Positions 15,501-28,200 of a DNA stretch of 64,000 bases are shown here, one piece after another. Source of the stretch: the human T2T-CHM13v2.0 reference genome, Homo sapiens. The stretch lies in assembly GCF_009914755.1 (NCBI RefSeq), contig NC_060948.1; one strand, 5' to 3'. The first letter of the stretch is position 1. Each line of letters starts with the position of its first letter. The translations under genes were made by a program, and so were the position numbers. The notes under the pieces were generated by a model that saw only the letters and a list, made by a program, of their open reading frames with translations, searched no databases and was not told the origin of the DNA.

Positions 15501-17454
15501 TGGGAGGAGAGCTGCTACAGCTGCAATTTCTCCTGGACAATGATAATTACATCCAGGGCCAGCTTGGCAACCTGGAACCAATATGTGTGTGTCATTGCTG
15601 GGTATCCCATCCTGCTCCCCTGAACTTGCGGTACAGAAAAACCCTCTCTGCTTCACCCACAAACAGAAATCCAGACTCTCAAATCACCCACTTTCCTGGA
15701 CCAACAGCCTGAGCTGCCCCGCTTTTCATGGACATAGATTGCGGTTCAGCGAGCCCCTCTCTGCTTCAAAACTAGGTACATCTCCAGGTATGCATAGCAC
15801 CTGCTCACCTGGATCAGCAACCTGAATTGCTCCACCCTTCCGGTGCATAGATTGTGGTGCAGCAGGGCCCTCTGGGCTCTGTGCCCAGGCACATCTCCAG
15901 GCATTCAGAGCACCTACTTGTTTGGTTCAGCATCCTGAGTTTCTCCTCACTTCTGTGCAGAGATCTTGGTGCAGAGAATCCTCTCAACTTCATGTCCAAG
16001 CAAATCTCCAGGCATATGGAACATCCACCCTCCTGGAGTAGGAGTTTAGGATACCCCTATCCTTGTGCAGATATCTTGAGATTAGGGAGGTTTCCCAGCT
16101 TCATACCTAGACACATCTCTGGGCACTTGGTGGCTGCCCAGTGGATTCTCATTCAGTACTAGTGCTTGTCCCTCCCATCAGGACACCAGTACGTGGACCT
16201 GCCCAGTCTGACCCCATCAATCTTGCCCCCCCAACCCTCTGGAGTTAAGAAGTAAGCTCAGACGGCTGTGCACTCTAAGAATCAGCCATTGCCTGAGGCG
16301 ACAGAGAGGTTCTATCAGTAAACAAGGATCAAGTATATACCCAGCCACATCGGCCAGTGTGGGCTCTTACCCAGAAACGTCACCTACTGGCTTATTGGTC
16401 AAACTGCACAGTCCAATATAAAACCTGCTGACAGAATTGCATGAGGCTACGGAAGCAAAGCCAAAACACACTACCCAGCATTCTCTACAGTCACATCCCC
16501 AAGGGAGAGGGAGAAAGAGAAACTGAAAAAAGAAAAAAACAATAATATTATAGGGAAAAAGAGAAAAATCCTACCTGCACAAAAATAACTTCAAAAAGTA
16601 GAAGTGTCAGCATCTTCAGATCAGAAAGAACCAGTGCAAGAATTCTGGCACCATAAAAATATGTGAATACACTAATACCACCAAGGGCTCACACTAGCTC
16701 TCCAGCAATAATTCCTAACCAAAATATAAATGCAGAAATGACAAATAAAAGACTCAAAGCATGGATTGTAAGGAAACTCAATGAGATCCAAGATAAGGTT
16801 GAAAATCAACACAAAGCAACTTCTAAAGCAATCCATGAAATGAAGGAATAGATATAAATCTTAAAAAGAAATCAATCAAAGCTTCTGGAATTGAAAAGCT
16901 CACTTAAAATTTCAAAATACAATTGAAAGGTTTATCAATAGACTGGAACAAGTAGAAGAAATAATTTCAGAACTTGAAGCCTAGTCTTTCAAACTAACCC
17001 AATCTGACAAAAATAAAGAAAAATGGAATTTTTGAAAATGAACAAAGTCTTTGAGAAATATGGGATTATGTAAAGTGGCCAAATCTACAAATGGTTGGCA
17101 TTCCTGAGAGAGAAGGAGAAAAAGAAAACAAACAACCTGGAAACATGTTTGAGAGAATAATTCAAGAAAAGTTTCCTAATCTTTCTTGAGAGGCAGACAT
17201 CAAGATACAAAAAATTCAGAGAACACCTGTGAGATACTATACAAAACAAACATCGCCAAGGCATATAGTCATCAGACTATCCTAGGTCAATGCTAAAGAA
17301 AAAATCTTGAAGGTAGCTAGAAGAAAAGGTCAGATCATATGCAATAGGAATCCCATCAGGCTAGCAGCAGACTTCTCAACAGAATCCTTGTAAGCCGAGA
17401 GAGATTGAGGGCCTATTTTCAGCATTCTTAAAGAAAAGAAAATCCAACCAAGAA

Positions 17455-17749
17455 TTTTTTTTTTTTTGAGATGGAGTCTCGCTCTGTTGCCCAGGCTGGA
17501 GTGCAGTGGTGCAATCTCGAGCTCACTGTAAACTCCACCTCCTGGGTTCACGCCATTCTCCTGCCTCAGCCTCCCAAGTAATTGGGACTACAGGCACCCG
17601 CCACCACACCCAGCTAATTTTTTGTATTTTTAGTAGAGATGGGGTTTCACCGTGTTAGCCAGGATGGTCTCGATCTCCTGATCTCATGATCCGCCCGCCT
17701 CGGCCTCCCAAAGTGCTGGGATTACAGGCGTGAGCCACCACGCCCGGCC
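17455..17749 (-). mobile_element. AluY nested in L1
   Basis: TTCACGCCATTCTCC and CCGTGTTAGCCAGGATGGTCTCGATCTCC diagnostics; TSD CAACCAAGAATTTTT. Confidence 0.95.
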
Positions 17750-18179
17750 CAACCAAGAATTTTATATTCTGCCAAACTTAGCTTTATAAGGAAATAAGAA
17801 ATAAAATATTTTCCAGACAAGCAAGTGCTAAGGAATTTGTTATCACTAAACCAATCTTATAGAGATCCTTATAAAAGTTCTAAACACTGAAATGAAAGAA
17901 TAATACCTGCTACCAAGAAAACACACTTCAGTACATAGCCCACAGATCCTATAAAGCAACTATACAATAGAAACTACAAAGATACCAACTAACAACTTCA
18001 CAACAAGATCAAAATCTCACATATCAACATTAACCTTGAATATAAATGGTCTAAACATCCCAAGTAAAACGCACAGAGTGTCAAGTTAAATTTAAAAAAA
18101 ATGACCCATTCATCTTCTCTCTTCAAAAGATGGACCTCACACATAACAACACACACAGACTCAAAGTAAAGGGTTGGAG

Positions 18180-18249
18180 CACATGTATACATATGTAACA
18201 AACCTGCACATTGTGCACATGTACCCTAGAACTTAAAGTATAATAAAAA
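18180..18249 (+). mobile_element. 70-bp extreme 3' L1PA fragment nested in the older L1
   Basis: CACATGTATACATATGTAACAAACCTGCAC...CTTAAAGTATAATAAAAA with exact TSD AAAGGGTTGGAG (18168-18179, 18250-18261). Confidence 0.93.
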
Positions 18250-18314
18250 AAAGGGTTGGAGAAAAATCGATACATGCAAATAGAATACATAAAAAAGTAG
18301 GAATCACTATTCTT

Positions 18315-18627
18315 CTTCTTTTTTTTTTTTTTTTTTTTTGAGACGGAGTTTCACTCTTGTTGCCCTAGTTGGAGTGCAGTGGCACGATCTCAGCTCACTG
18401 CAACCTCCACCTCCTGGGTTCAAGTGATTGTCCTGCCTCAGGCCTCTCAAGTAGCTGGGATTACAGGAGCCCACCACCATGCCCAACCAATTTTTTTTTG
18501 TATTTTTAGTAGAGATGGGGTTTCATCATGTTGGCCAGTTTGGTCTCGAACTCCTGACCTCAGGTAATCCACCTGCCTCAGCCTCCCAAAGTGCTGGGAT
18601 TACAGGCACAAGCTACTGCGCCCAGCC
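18315..18627 (-). mobile_element. AluSq-like nested in L1
   Basis: GAGTTTCACTCTTGTTGCCC; TSD GAATCACTATTCTT. Confidence 0.93.
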
Positions 18628-21600
18628 TGAATCACTATTCTTATAACAGATAAAACACAATTTAAACTAACAACAGTAAAAAAGGACAAAGAAGAGCATA
18701 CATAATGATAAAGGGTTTAATCCAACAAGAAGAATCAACTATCCTTAATATATATGCACTTAACATTGGAGCAACCAGATTCATAAAACAAGTACTTCTA
18801 GACCTACAAAAAGACCTAGACAGCCACATAACAATAGTGTGGAACTTCACCATACCACTGACAGCCTCAGACAGATCATAAAGGCAGAAAACTAACAGAG
18901 AAATTCTGGACTGAAATTCAACACTTGACCAATTGGACCTAATAGAAATCTATAGAATATTCCACTCATTTACTACAGAATGTACATTATTCTCATATGC
19001 ACATGGCGCATACTCCAATACAGACAACATGCTCAGCCATAAAGCGAGCCTTAGTAAATTCAAAAAACTTGAAGTAGTACCAACCATTGTCTTGGACCAC
19101 AGTGGAATAAAGACAAAATGCAATACAAAGAAGATCTTTCAAAACTACACAATTACATGAAAATTAAACACTTTGCTCCTGAATGACTTTTGGGTAAACA
19201 ATGAAATTGAGGCATAAACCAAAAAATTATTTGAAATAAATGAAAACAGAGACACAACATACAAAACGTCAGGGATGCAGCAAAAGGAATGTTGAGAGGA
19301 AAATGTATAGTGCTAAATGCCTACCATAGAAAAAATATCTTGAATTAATTATCTATTATCACACCTGTAGGAAGTAGAAAAACAAGAACAAACTAACTTC
19401 AAAGATAGCAGAAGAAAGGAAATAACTAAAATCAGAGCAGAACTGAACAACATTGAGACCCTAAAATCCTTACAAAGCATCAAAGGAACCAAAAGTTGAT
19501 TATTTGAAGAGATCATCAGCACCAATTGACTGCTAGTTAAATTAACAGAGAGAGGGGAAGAGACAGAGAGAGAGATAATCCAAATAAACACAATCAGAAA
19601 TGACAAAGGAAACATTACAACTGATCCCACAGCAATACAAAAGATCTTCAGAGACAGTTATGAACACTTCTATGCACACATACTACCAAATCTAGAGGAA
19701 ACAGATAAATTCTTGGAAACAAATAATCTCCCAAGATTAAATCAGAAAAAAAAATTGAAACACTGAACAGCCTACTAGGATGCTCCAAAATTGAATCAGG
19801 AATAAAGAACCTATGAATCAAAAAAGTCTTGGATCAGATGAAATCACAGCTGAATTCTACCAGATGTACAAAGAAAAGCTGGTACCAAAATAATTGAGGA
19901 AGAGGAACTCCTTTCTAACTCATTCTATGAAGCCAGCATCACTCTCATACAAAACCTGGCAAAGACACAATGAAAAATGGAAAACTATGGGACAATATCC
20001 CTGATGAACAGCAATGCAAAAATCCTCAACAAAATACTAGCAAACTGAATCCAACCATATATCAAAATGGTAATTCACCATGATCAAGCAGCCTTCATTC
20101 CTGTGATGCAAGGTTGCTTCACATACAAAAATCAATAAATGTGATTCACCAAATAAACAGAATTAAAAAATAAAAACCATATGTTCATTTTAATAGATCC
20201 AGAAAAAGCTTTCAATAAAATGCAAAATTCTCTCATGATAAGGACCCTCAAGAAACTGGATATCAAAAGAACATACCTCAAAATAATAAGAGCCATCTAT
20301 GACAAACCCACAGACATCACACTGAATGGATAAAAACAGGAAGCATTTCCCTTGAGATCCAGAACGTAGACAGTGATATCTACTCTCACCAGTCCTATTC
20401 AACAAAGTACTGGAAGTTCATGCCACAGCCATGGGGCAACAGAAAGTAAAAAAGACATCCAAATAGGAAAATAAGAAGTCAAACTATCTTTCTTCACTGA
20501 TGATATGATCTATACCTAGAAAACTCTAAAGACTCCATCAAAAACCTCCTGGAACTGATAAACAACTTTAATAAAATTTCAGGAAACAAAATCAACATAC
20601 AAAAATCAGTAGCATTTCTAAACACTAATAACATTCAAGCTGACAGCCAAATCAGGAACACAATCCCATTTAAAATAGCCACAAAAAATTAAAATATCCT
20701 AGAATACATCTAACCAAGAAGGTGACAGATCTCTACAAGGAGAACTACAAAACACTGCTGAAAGAAATAAATGATGTCAGAAACAAATGAAAAAAAAATT
20801 CTATGCCCATGGATTGAAAGAACAATATTAAAATAACCATAGTACCCAAAGCAATACATAGATTCAACTTTATTTCTATTAAAACACTAAAGTCATTTTT
20901 CACACAACTAAGAAAAACTTTCTAAAATTCATATGGAATCAGATATCAGTCCAAGTAGCCAAAGTCATCCCAAGCAAAAAGGAAAAAGCTGGAGGCATAA
21001 TATTACCAGACTTCAAATTATACTATAAGGCTACAGTAAGCAAAACAGCATGATGCTTTTACAAAAAGATACATACACTAAGGGAAGAGATTACAGGACC
21101 CAGAAATAAGGCCACACACCTACAGTCACCTGATTTTTGACAAAGTTGACAAAAATGAGCAACAGGTAAACAACTCTCTATTCAAAAAATAGTGCTGGGC
21201 CAGCTGGCTAGCCACGTGCAGAGGAATTAAAGTGGACCTCTACCTTTCAACATATACAAAAATTAACATAAGATGGATTAAACATTTAAATGTAAGACCT
21301 CAAATGAGAGTAATCCTAGAAGAAGACCTAGGAAACACCATTCTGGACATCAGCCTTAGGAAAGAATTTATAACTAAGTCCTCAAAAGAAATTGCAACAA
21401 AAACGAAAATTGATAAGTGGGATCCAATTAAACCAAAAAGCTTCTATACTCAAGGAAACTATCAACAGAGTAAACAGACAATCTGTAGAGTGTGAGAAAA
21501 TATTGACAAACTATGCATCTGACAAAAGTCTAATATCCAAAATCTGTAAGTCACTTAAGGAGCAAAAAACAAATAATCACATTAAAAATTGGGCAAAATG

Positions 21601-23438
21601 CATGAGCAGACAGTTCTCAAAAGAAGACATACTGATGGCTAAAAAGCATATGAAAATTGCTCAACATAACCAATTATTAGAGAAAGGCAAATCAAAACCA
21701 TGATGAGATACCATCTCACAACAGTCAGAATAGTTATTATTAAAAGGTCAAAAAATAACAAATGTCGGCAAGGTTGCAAAGAAAAGGAAATTTATACACT
21801 GTTGGTGGGAGTATAAATCAGTTCAACAACTGTGCAAAGTAGTTTGGAGATTTCTCAAAGAAATTAAAACAATTATCATTTGACCCAGCAATTCCATTAC
21901 TGGGTATACACCCAAAAGAAAATAAGTTATTCAACCAAATAGATACATGCACTTGTATATTACTCACAGCACTATTCATAATAGCAAAGACATGAAATCA
22001 ATGTAGGTGCCCATCAATGGTGGATCAGAGAAAGAAAATATAGTACATATACACCCTGGAACACTACACAGCCATAAAAAAATGAGATCTTGTCCTTTCC
22101 AGCAACCTGGATGGAGCCGGAGGCCATCATCCTAAGCAAACTAACACAGGAACAGAAAACCAATACCACGTGTTATCACTTAAAAGTGGGAGCTAAACCA
22201 TGGGTACTCATGGACATAAGGATGGCAAAAATAGATACTGGGGGCTACTGTGGGGGGGTGTAGAGCAAGGGGGCAGGTTGAAAAGTTGAGTATTAGTAGT
22301 AGGTTGAGTACTATCCTCAGTACCTGGGTTATGGGATCAATTGTACTTCAAACCTCAGCATCATGCAATATGCCCAGGTAACAAACCTGTACACATACCC
22401 CCAAATCTAAAATAAAAGTTGAAATTATTAAGAAATGTTATTGGCTATTAGTGGCTATCATAATCTACTTGAAATTTCTAAAGTAAATCTATTTATATCA
22501 GTGACGAAAGCTTCTTCCTCTCTGATGATAAATCCATTGCAGACTGGAGTTTTAAGAAAATATTTTAGGATTATGAATATATTTATTGAGACAGAAGTAA
22601 ATTCTGAATGCATGAAAGAAGAAAACTGGATATAAAAGAACCATGAAAACTGAGGAGAATTCAACATAAAGAATGCTTATTCACAGAAAACGTGATGTTT
22701 TTCAAAATCAGCCTCTATATGGTGAATTACAAATGCCAGCAAGGCCAAAAGTCAAGCATAACTATTTTAAAGAATAGTGGTTAAACTTATCATACACATG
22801 AAATTGAAGCTTATATTCTATTACAATCTTTTAACACAATCCTCATTGTTATGAGTTTCTAAATGTCAGTTCCTCACTATAAAGATGTTAGATAACCTCT
22901 CATCTAGCCTACAGTCTAAACTCTAAACAGTCTTATACACAAGTAAAAGTTATAAGATTATTTAAAATAATAAACTTGCCATTCAACTAAAGAGAATGAT
23001 TAACTCCTTCAAAAAGTAACATCTTATATTGATACCCATAAACATTTATGAATATCTTTATGTAGTCATATACTATTTTAGAATTTTTTACAGTAAGAAA
23101 TGTATAAGGGAAATATAGTGCCTCAGGTTGTTTGAATGAATGAAGAAAATTGTCATCTATTAAAGATACAGAAATTCAGTCATCAATGTTAGAATAATTT
23201 TTTCATACATGTTTTAAGTAGCCTTTCAAAAGCCAGCAGGAAATTGAAAACTGACATCCTGAAATATCCACTTATACTGCTGCACACATATACACACATG
23301 CATATACACACATAATATGAAGTGATAAAAAAAGACACCCAAGTGTGATAATTTTCTAAAGTCAAACAATAGTAACAATAGATATATCTATAGACCGTTT
23401 AATACATGCTGAATATTGTTTTAAGCACTTCATATGTA

Positions 23439-25157
23439 CAGGTATACCTCAGAGATACTGAGTTCAGTTCCAGACCACTACAATGAAGCAAATATCACAA
23501 TAAAGCGAGTTACATGATTTTTTTGGTTTCCCCTTGCATATAAAAGTTATATTTACACTGTACTATAGTCTACTAAGAGTGAAATAGACTATTTTTTGGT
23601 CTAAAAATGTACGTGTCTAAATTTAAAATACTTTATTGCTAAAAACTGCTAATAATCATCTGAGCTTTCAGCAAATTGCAGTGTTTTTCTTGGTTGGTGT
23701 TCTGTCTCAGTGTTGATGGCTGCTGATTGAATACCATGGTGGTTGCTGAAGGTTGAGGTGCCTGAGGAAATTTTTAATAAGACAATGGTAACATTTGCCT
23801 CATTAATTGACTCTTCCTTTCATGAAAGATTTCTCTGTGGCACGTGATGCTGTTTGATAGCATTTTACCCACAGTAGAACGTTCACACTTGGAGTCAATC
23901 CTCTCAAACTCTGCCACCACTTTATCAGCCAAGTTTATGTAACATTCTAAGTCCTTTGTTGTCATTTCAAAAATGTTCCACAGCATCTTCACCAGGAGTA
24001 GATTCCACCTCAAGAAACCAATTTCTTTGCTCATCCATAAAAACCAACTCATCTGCTCAAGTTTTATCATGAGATTACAGCAATTCAGGCAAACCTTCAG
24101 TCTCCACTTCTAATCTAGTTCTCTTGGTACATCCACCACATGTGCAGTTTTTCTATTGGAAAAAGCCTTCTTTTCCAATAGAAGGCTATTTCATCTACAT
24201 TGAAAATCTGTTGTGTAGTGTAGCTACCTTCATTAATTAACACAATCTTCAGCAGCTTGCTGCAGCTTCTCCCTCAGCACTTGATGCTTCACCTTGCACT
24301 TTTATGTTATGAAGATGGCTTCATTCCTTAAATCTCATTGAAACAACCTCTGCAAAATTCAAACTTTTTTCCTGCTGCTTTCTCATCTCTCTGTCTTCAT
24401 TGAATTGAAGAGGGTTAGGGCCTTGTTGTGGATTAGGTTTCAGTTTAAGGCAATGATGTGGCTACTTTGATCTTCTATTCAGATCACTCAAACTTTCTCC
24501 ATATCAGCAATAAGTCTGCTTATTCTTCTTATCATTGGTGCGTTCAGAGTAACACTTTCAATTTCCTTCAAGAACTTTTCCTTGATATTCACAATTTGGC
24601 TAACTGGCAAAAGAGCCCTAGCTTTTGACCTATCTTAACTTTTGGCATGCCTTCTTTACTAAGCTTAAACATTTTGGACTTTTGATTTAAAGTGAAAGAG
24701 TTGAACACCTAAAGTCAATTTTGGTGTTATTAACTGGCCTAATTTGTATATTGTTATGTCCCAGGGAATAGGGAGGCCCAAGTAGAGGGAGAGAGGGTAA
24801 CACCTGGCCATTGAAACAGTCAGAACACACACAACAATTATCAATTAAGTTCACCATTATTTATGGGTGCAGTTTGTGGTGCCTCAAAGCAATTATAATA
24901 GTAACATCAAAGATTACTGATCACAGATCATCTTAATAGATATAATAATAATCGGATATAATAATACTAATAAAGTTAGAAATATCACAAGAATTACAAA
25001 AAAATGTGACATGGAGACACAAAGTGAGCACAGTTCATTTAGGAAAAATGTCACTGAAAGACTTTCTTGAGGAAGGGTTGCCACTAACTTTAAATTTGTA
25101 AATATGTATATCTGAGAAGTGCAATAAGGGGAAACACAATAAAATAAGCTACACCTG
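23439..25157 (-). mobile_element. Internally deleted Tigger1 inserted in a MIR
   Basis: CAGGTATACCTC...CTACACCTG terminal repeats with TA duplications; ORF 23774-24070 has the Tigger1 transposase C-terminus (MTTKDLE...FERIDS); ~1.7 kb vs ~2.4 kb consensus; MIR-like flanks on both sides. Confidence 0.92.
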
Positions 25158-25299
25158 TATTAACCCCCTTAATCCTCACAACAAAACTGTAATACTGGCA
25201 CTGTCATGATGTCCATTTTTCAACTGGGAAAAAGAGTGCAAAAAAGTGGGGCAAGATTCAAACTGGCAATCTGTTTCCTCATCCCACTTTTTATATTAT

Positions 25300-28200
25300 A
25301 ATTATTTATTTTTTTATAAATTTTACTTTAGGTTCAAGATTACAGATGTTATATAGACAATTGCATGTCATGGGGATTTGGTATACAGTTTATTTCATCT
25401 CCTCAGTAATAAGGATAGTACACTATAGGTAGTTTTTCATTTCTCACCATCCTCCCACCCTCCACCCTCAAATAGGCCCTGGCGTTTATTGTTCTCTTTA
25501 TTATGTCCATGTTTAATCAATGCTTAGCTCCCACTTTAAAGTGAAAACATGCAGCATTTGGTTTTCTGTTTCTGCGTAAGTTCCTCTGTTGGTTCCTCCA
25601 GCGCCATCTGTGTTGCTGCAAATGACATAATCTGGTTATTTTTTACAGTTGTGTAGTATTTCATGATATATATGTACAACATTTTCTTTCTCCAGTCTAC
25701 CATTAATGGATTTTAGGTTGATTCCATTTCTCTGCTGTTGTGAATAGTGCTGCAATGAACATACACATGCATATGTATTTATTGTAAAACGGTTTCTATT
25801 CCTTTGGGTATATACCCAATAAAGGGATTGCTGTGTGGAATGGTAATTCTGCCTTAAGTTTTTTGAGGAATCACCAAGCTGCTTTCCACAATGGCAGAAC
25901 TAATTTAACATTCCCACCAAAAGTGCTTTTCTCTGCAGCCTCAGCAACATCTGTAATTTTTTACTTTTTAATAACAGCCATTCTGACTGTTGTGAGATGA
26001 TATCTAATTGTGGTTTTGATTTGCATTTCTCTAATGATTAGTGATGTTGAGCATTTTTTCATGTGCTTGTTGGCCATATATGTGTCTTCTTTTGAGAAGT
26101 GTCACTTTATGTACTTTGCCCTCTTTTAATTTTTTTTTATTTTTTGCTTTCTAATTTGCTTGACTTGCTTATAGAATTCTGGATATAAGGTCTTTGTCAG
26201 ATGCATAGTTTGTCAATATTTTCTCCCATCCTTTATGTGATCTGTTTACTCTGTGGATAGTTACTTTTGCTGTGAAGAAGCTGCTCTTTAATGTATTTAA
26301 GTCCCATTTGTCAATTTTTGCTTTTGTTGTGATTGCTTTAGGTGTCTTTGTATGAAATATTTGCCAGAGCCTATGTCCAGAATGGTATTTCTTAGGTTTT
26401 CATCTAGAGCTTTTTATAGTTTTAGGTTTATTTTTAAGACTTTAATCCATCTTTAGTTGATTTATGTATATAATGAAAGGAATAGGTTCATGTTCAATCT
26501 TCTGCATATAGCTAGCCAGTTATCCCAGCACTACTTATTGAGTAGGGAATCCTTTCCCCATTGCTCATTTTGGTCACTTTTGTCGAACATCAGTTAGTTG
26601 TAGCTGTGTGGTCTTATTTCTGGGTTCTCTGTGCTGGTCCATTGATCTATGTGTCTGTTTTTGTACCAGTACCATGCTGTTTTGGTTTCTGTAGCCCTGT
26701 GGTATAGCTTGAAACCAGGTAATATGTTGCCTCTAGCTTTGTTCTTTTTGCTTAGGATTGCCTTGGCACTTTGAGCTCTTTTTTTTTTTTTGTTCTATAT
26801 GAATTTTAAAATGGCTTTGTCTAACTATCTGAAAGATATCATTAGTAGTTAGAAATAAGATTGAATCTGTAAATTGTTTTTGGCAGTATGGCCATCTTAA
26901 CAATATTGATTCTTCCTGTCCATGGGTATGGAATGTTTTATCACTTGTTTTTGTCAGCTTTGATTTCTTTGAGCAGTGTTTTGTAATTCTTATAGTAAAG
27001 ATCTTTCACCTCTTGGTTAGTTATATTCCTAGGTATCTTATTATTTTTGTGGCTACTGTGAATGGGATTGTGTTCTTGATTTGGCTCTCAGCTTCAGTGT
27101 AGGTGTATAGGAATGTTACTAACTTTTGTAAATTGATTTGTATGCTGAAACCTTGCTGAAGTTCTTTATCAGATTTGGAGCTTTGGGGCAGAGACTATGG
27201 GGTTTTCTTTGTTTAATTTCCATATAATTGTATGGTTTCAAGTGATTTTCTTAGTATTTATTTCTATTTTTATTGCTCTGTAATCCAAGAGTGTGGTTGG
27301 CATGATTTTAGTGTTTTTGACTCTGCTGAGAATTCTTTATAGCTGATTCTGTGGTTGATTTTAGAATATGTGCCATATGCAGATGAGAAGAATGTATATC
27401 CTATTGGGTTGGAGGCTAAGGGTTCTATAGATGTCTGTTAGGTCTGTTTAGTCAAGTGTTGAGTTCAGGTCTCATGTATCTTTGTTAGTTTTCTGCCTAG
27501 ATGATCTGTCTAATAATCTCAGTGGAGTGTTCTCATCTTTATATTTTGTCATGATCTAAATCTCATCATAGATCTCTAAGGACTTACTTCATTAACCCAG
27601 GTGCCACTGTGTTGAGTGGCATATATTTTTAGGAAAGTTCAGTCTTCTTGTTGAATAGAACCTTTTACCCTTATGTAATGCCCTTCTTTGTCTTTTAAAA
27701 TCATTGTTGGTTTAAAGTCTGTTTTGTCTGAAATTAGAATAACAACCTCCAATTTTGGGGGAATTTTCTTGGTAGATTTTTCTACATCCCTTTACTTTGT
27801 GCCTATGCATGTCATTGGCTGTGAGATGTGTCTCTTGAAGACAGCATACAATTGGGTCTTGCTTCTTTATGCAACTTACCACTCTGTGCCTTCTAATTTG
27901 GTCATTTACCCTGTTTACATTCAAGTTTAATATTGATATGTGCACTTTTGATTCTGTCATCATCTTGTTAGCTGGTTATTATGTAGACTTGATCCCATGA
28001 TTGATTTAAAGTTTCAATGGCCTATGAACACAAGTGAATTTTTGTGGTGGCCAATAACAATCTTTCCTTTCCATATTTAGCACTCCTTTGATGACCTCTT
28101 GTAAGTCTGACGTGGTGGTAGGTTACAAATTCACATACATTTGCTTATCTGAAATGGATCTTATTTTTCCTTTGCTTATGAAACTTAGTTTGATTGAATA

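Larger units (their letters stand above)
14890..22432 (+). mobile_element. Full-length degenerate old primate L1 (L1PA16/17-like)
   Basis: 5' CAAGATGGC motif, long 5'UTR, decayed ORF1 (~16600-17900) and ORF2 (~18000-22190), 3' end AATCTAAAATAAAAGTTGAAATT; TSD AAATGTTATT at 14879-14888 and 22433-22442. Confidence 0.9.

Noticed and set aside
14983-16162. Cluster of ORFs in GC-richer DNA suggesting a gene or CpG island
   Set aside because: They lie in the old L1 5'UTR; the same applies to 29140-30660 and 54559-55438.
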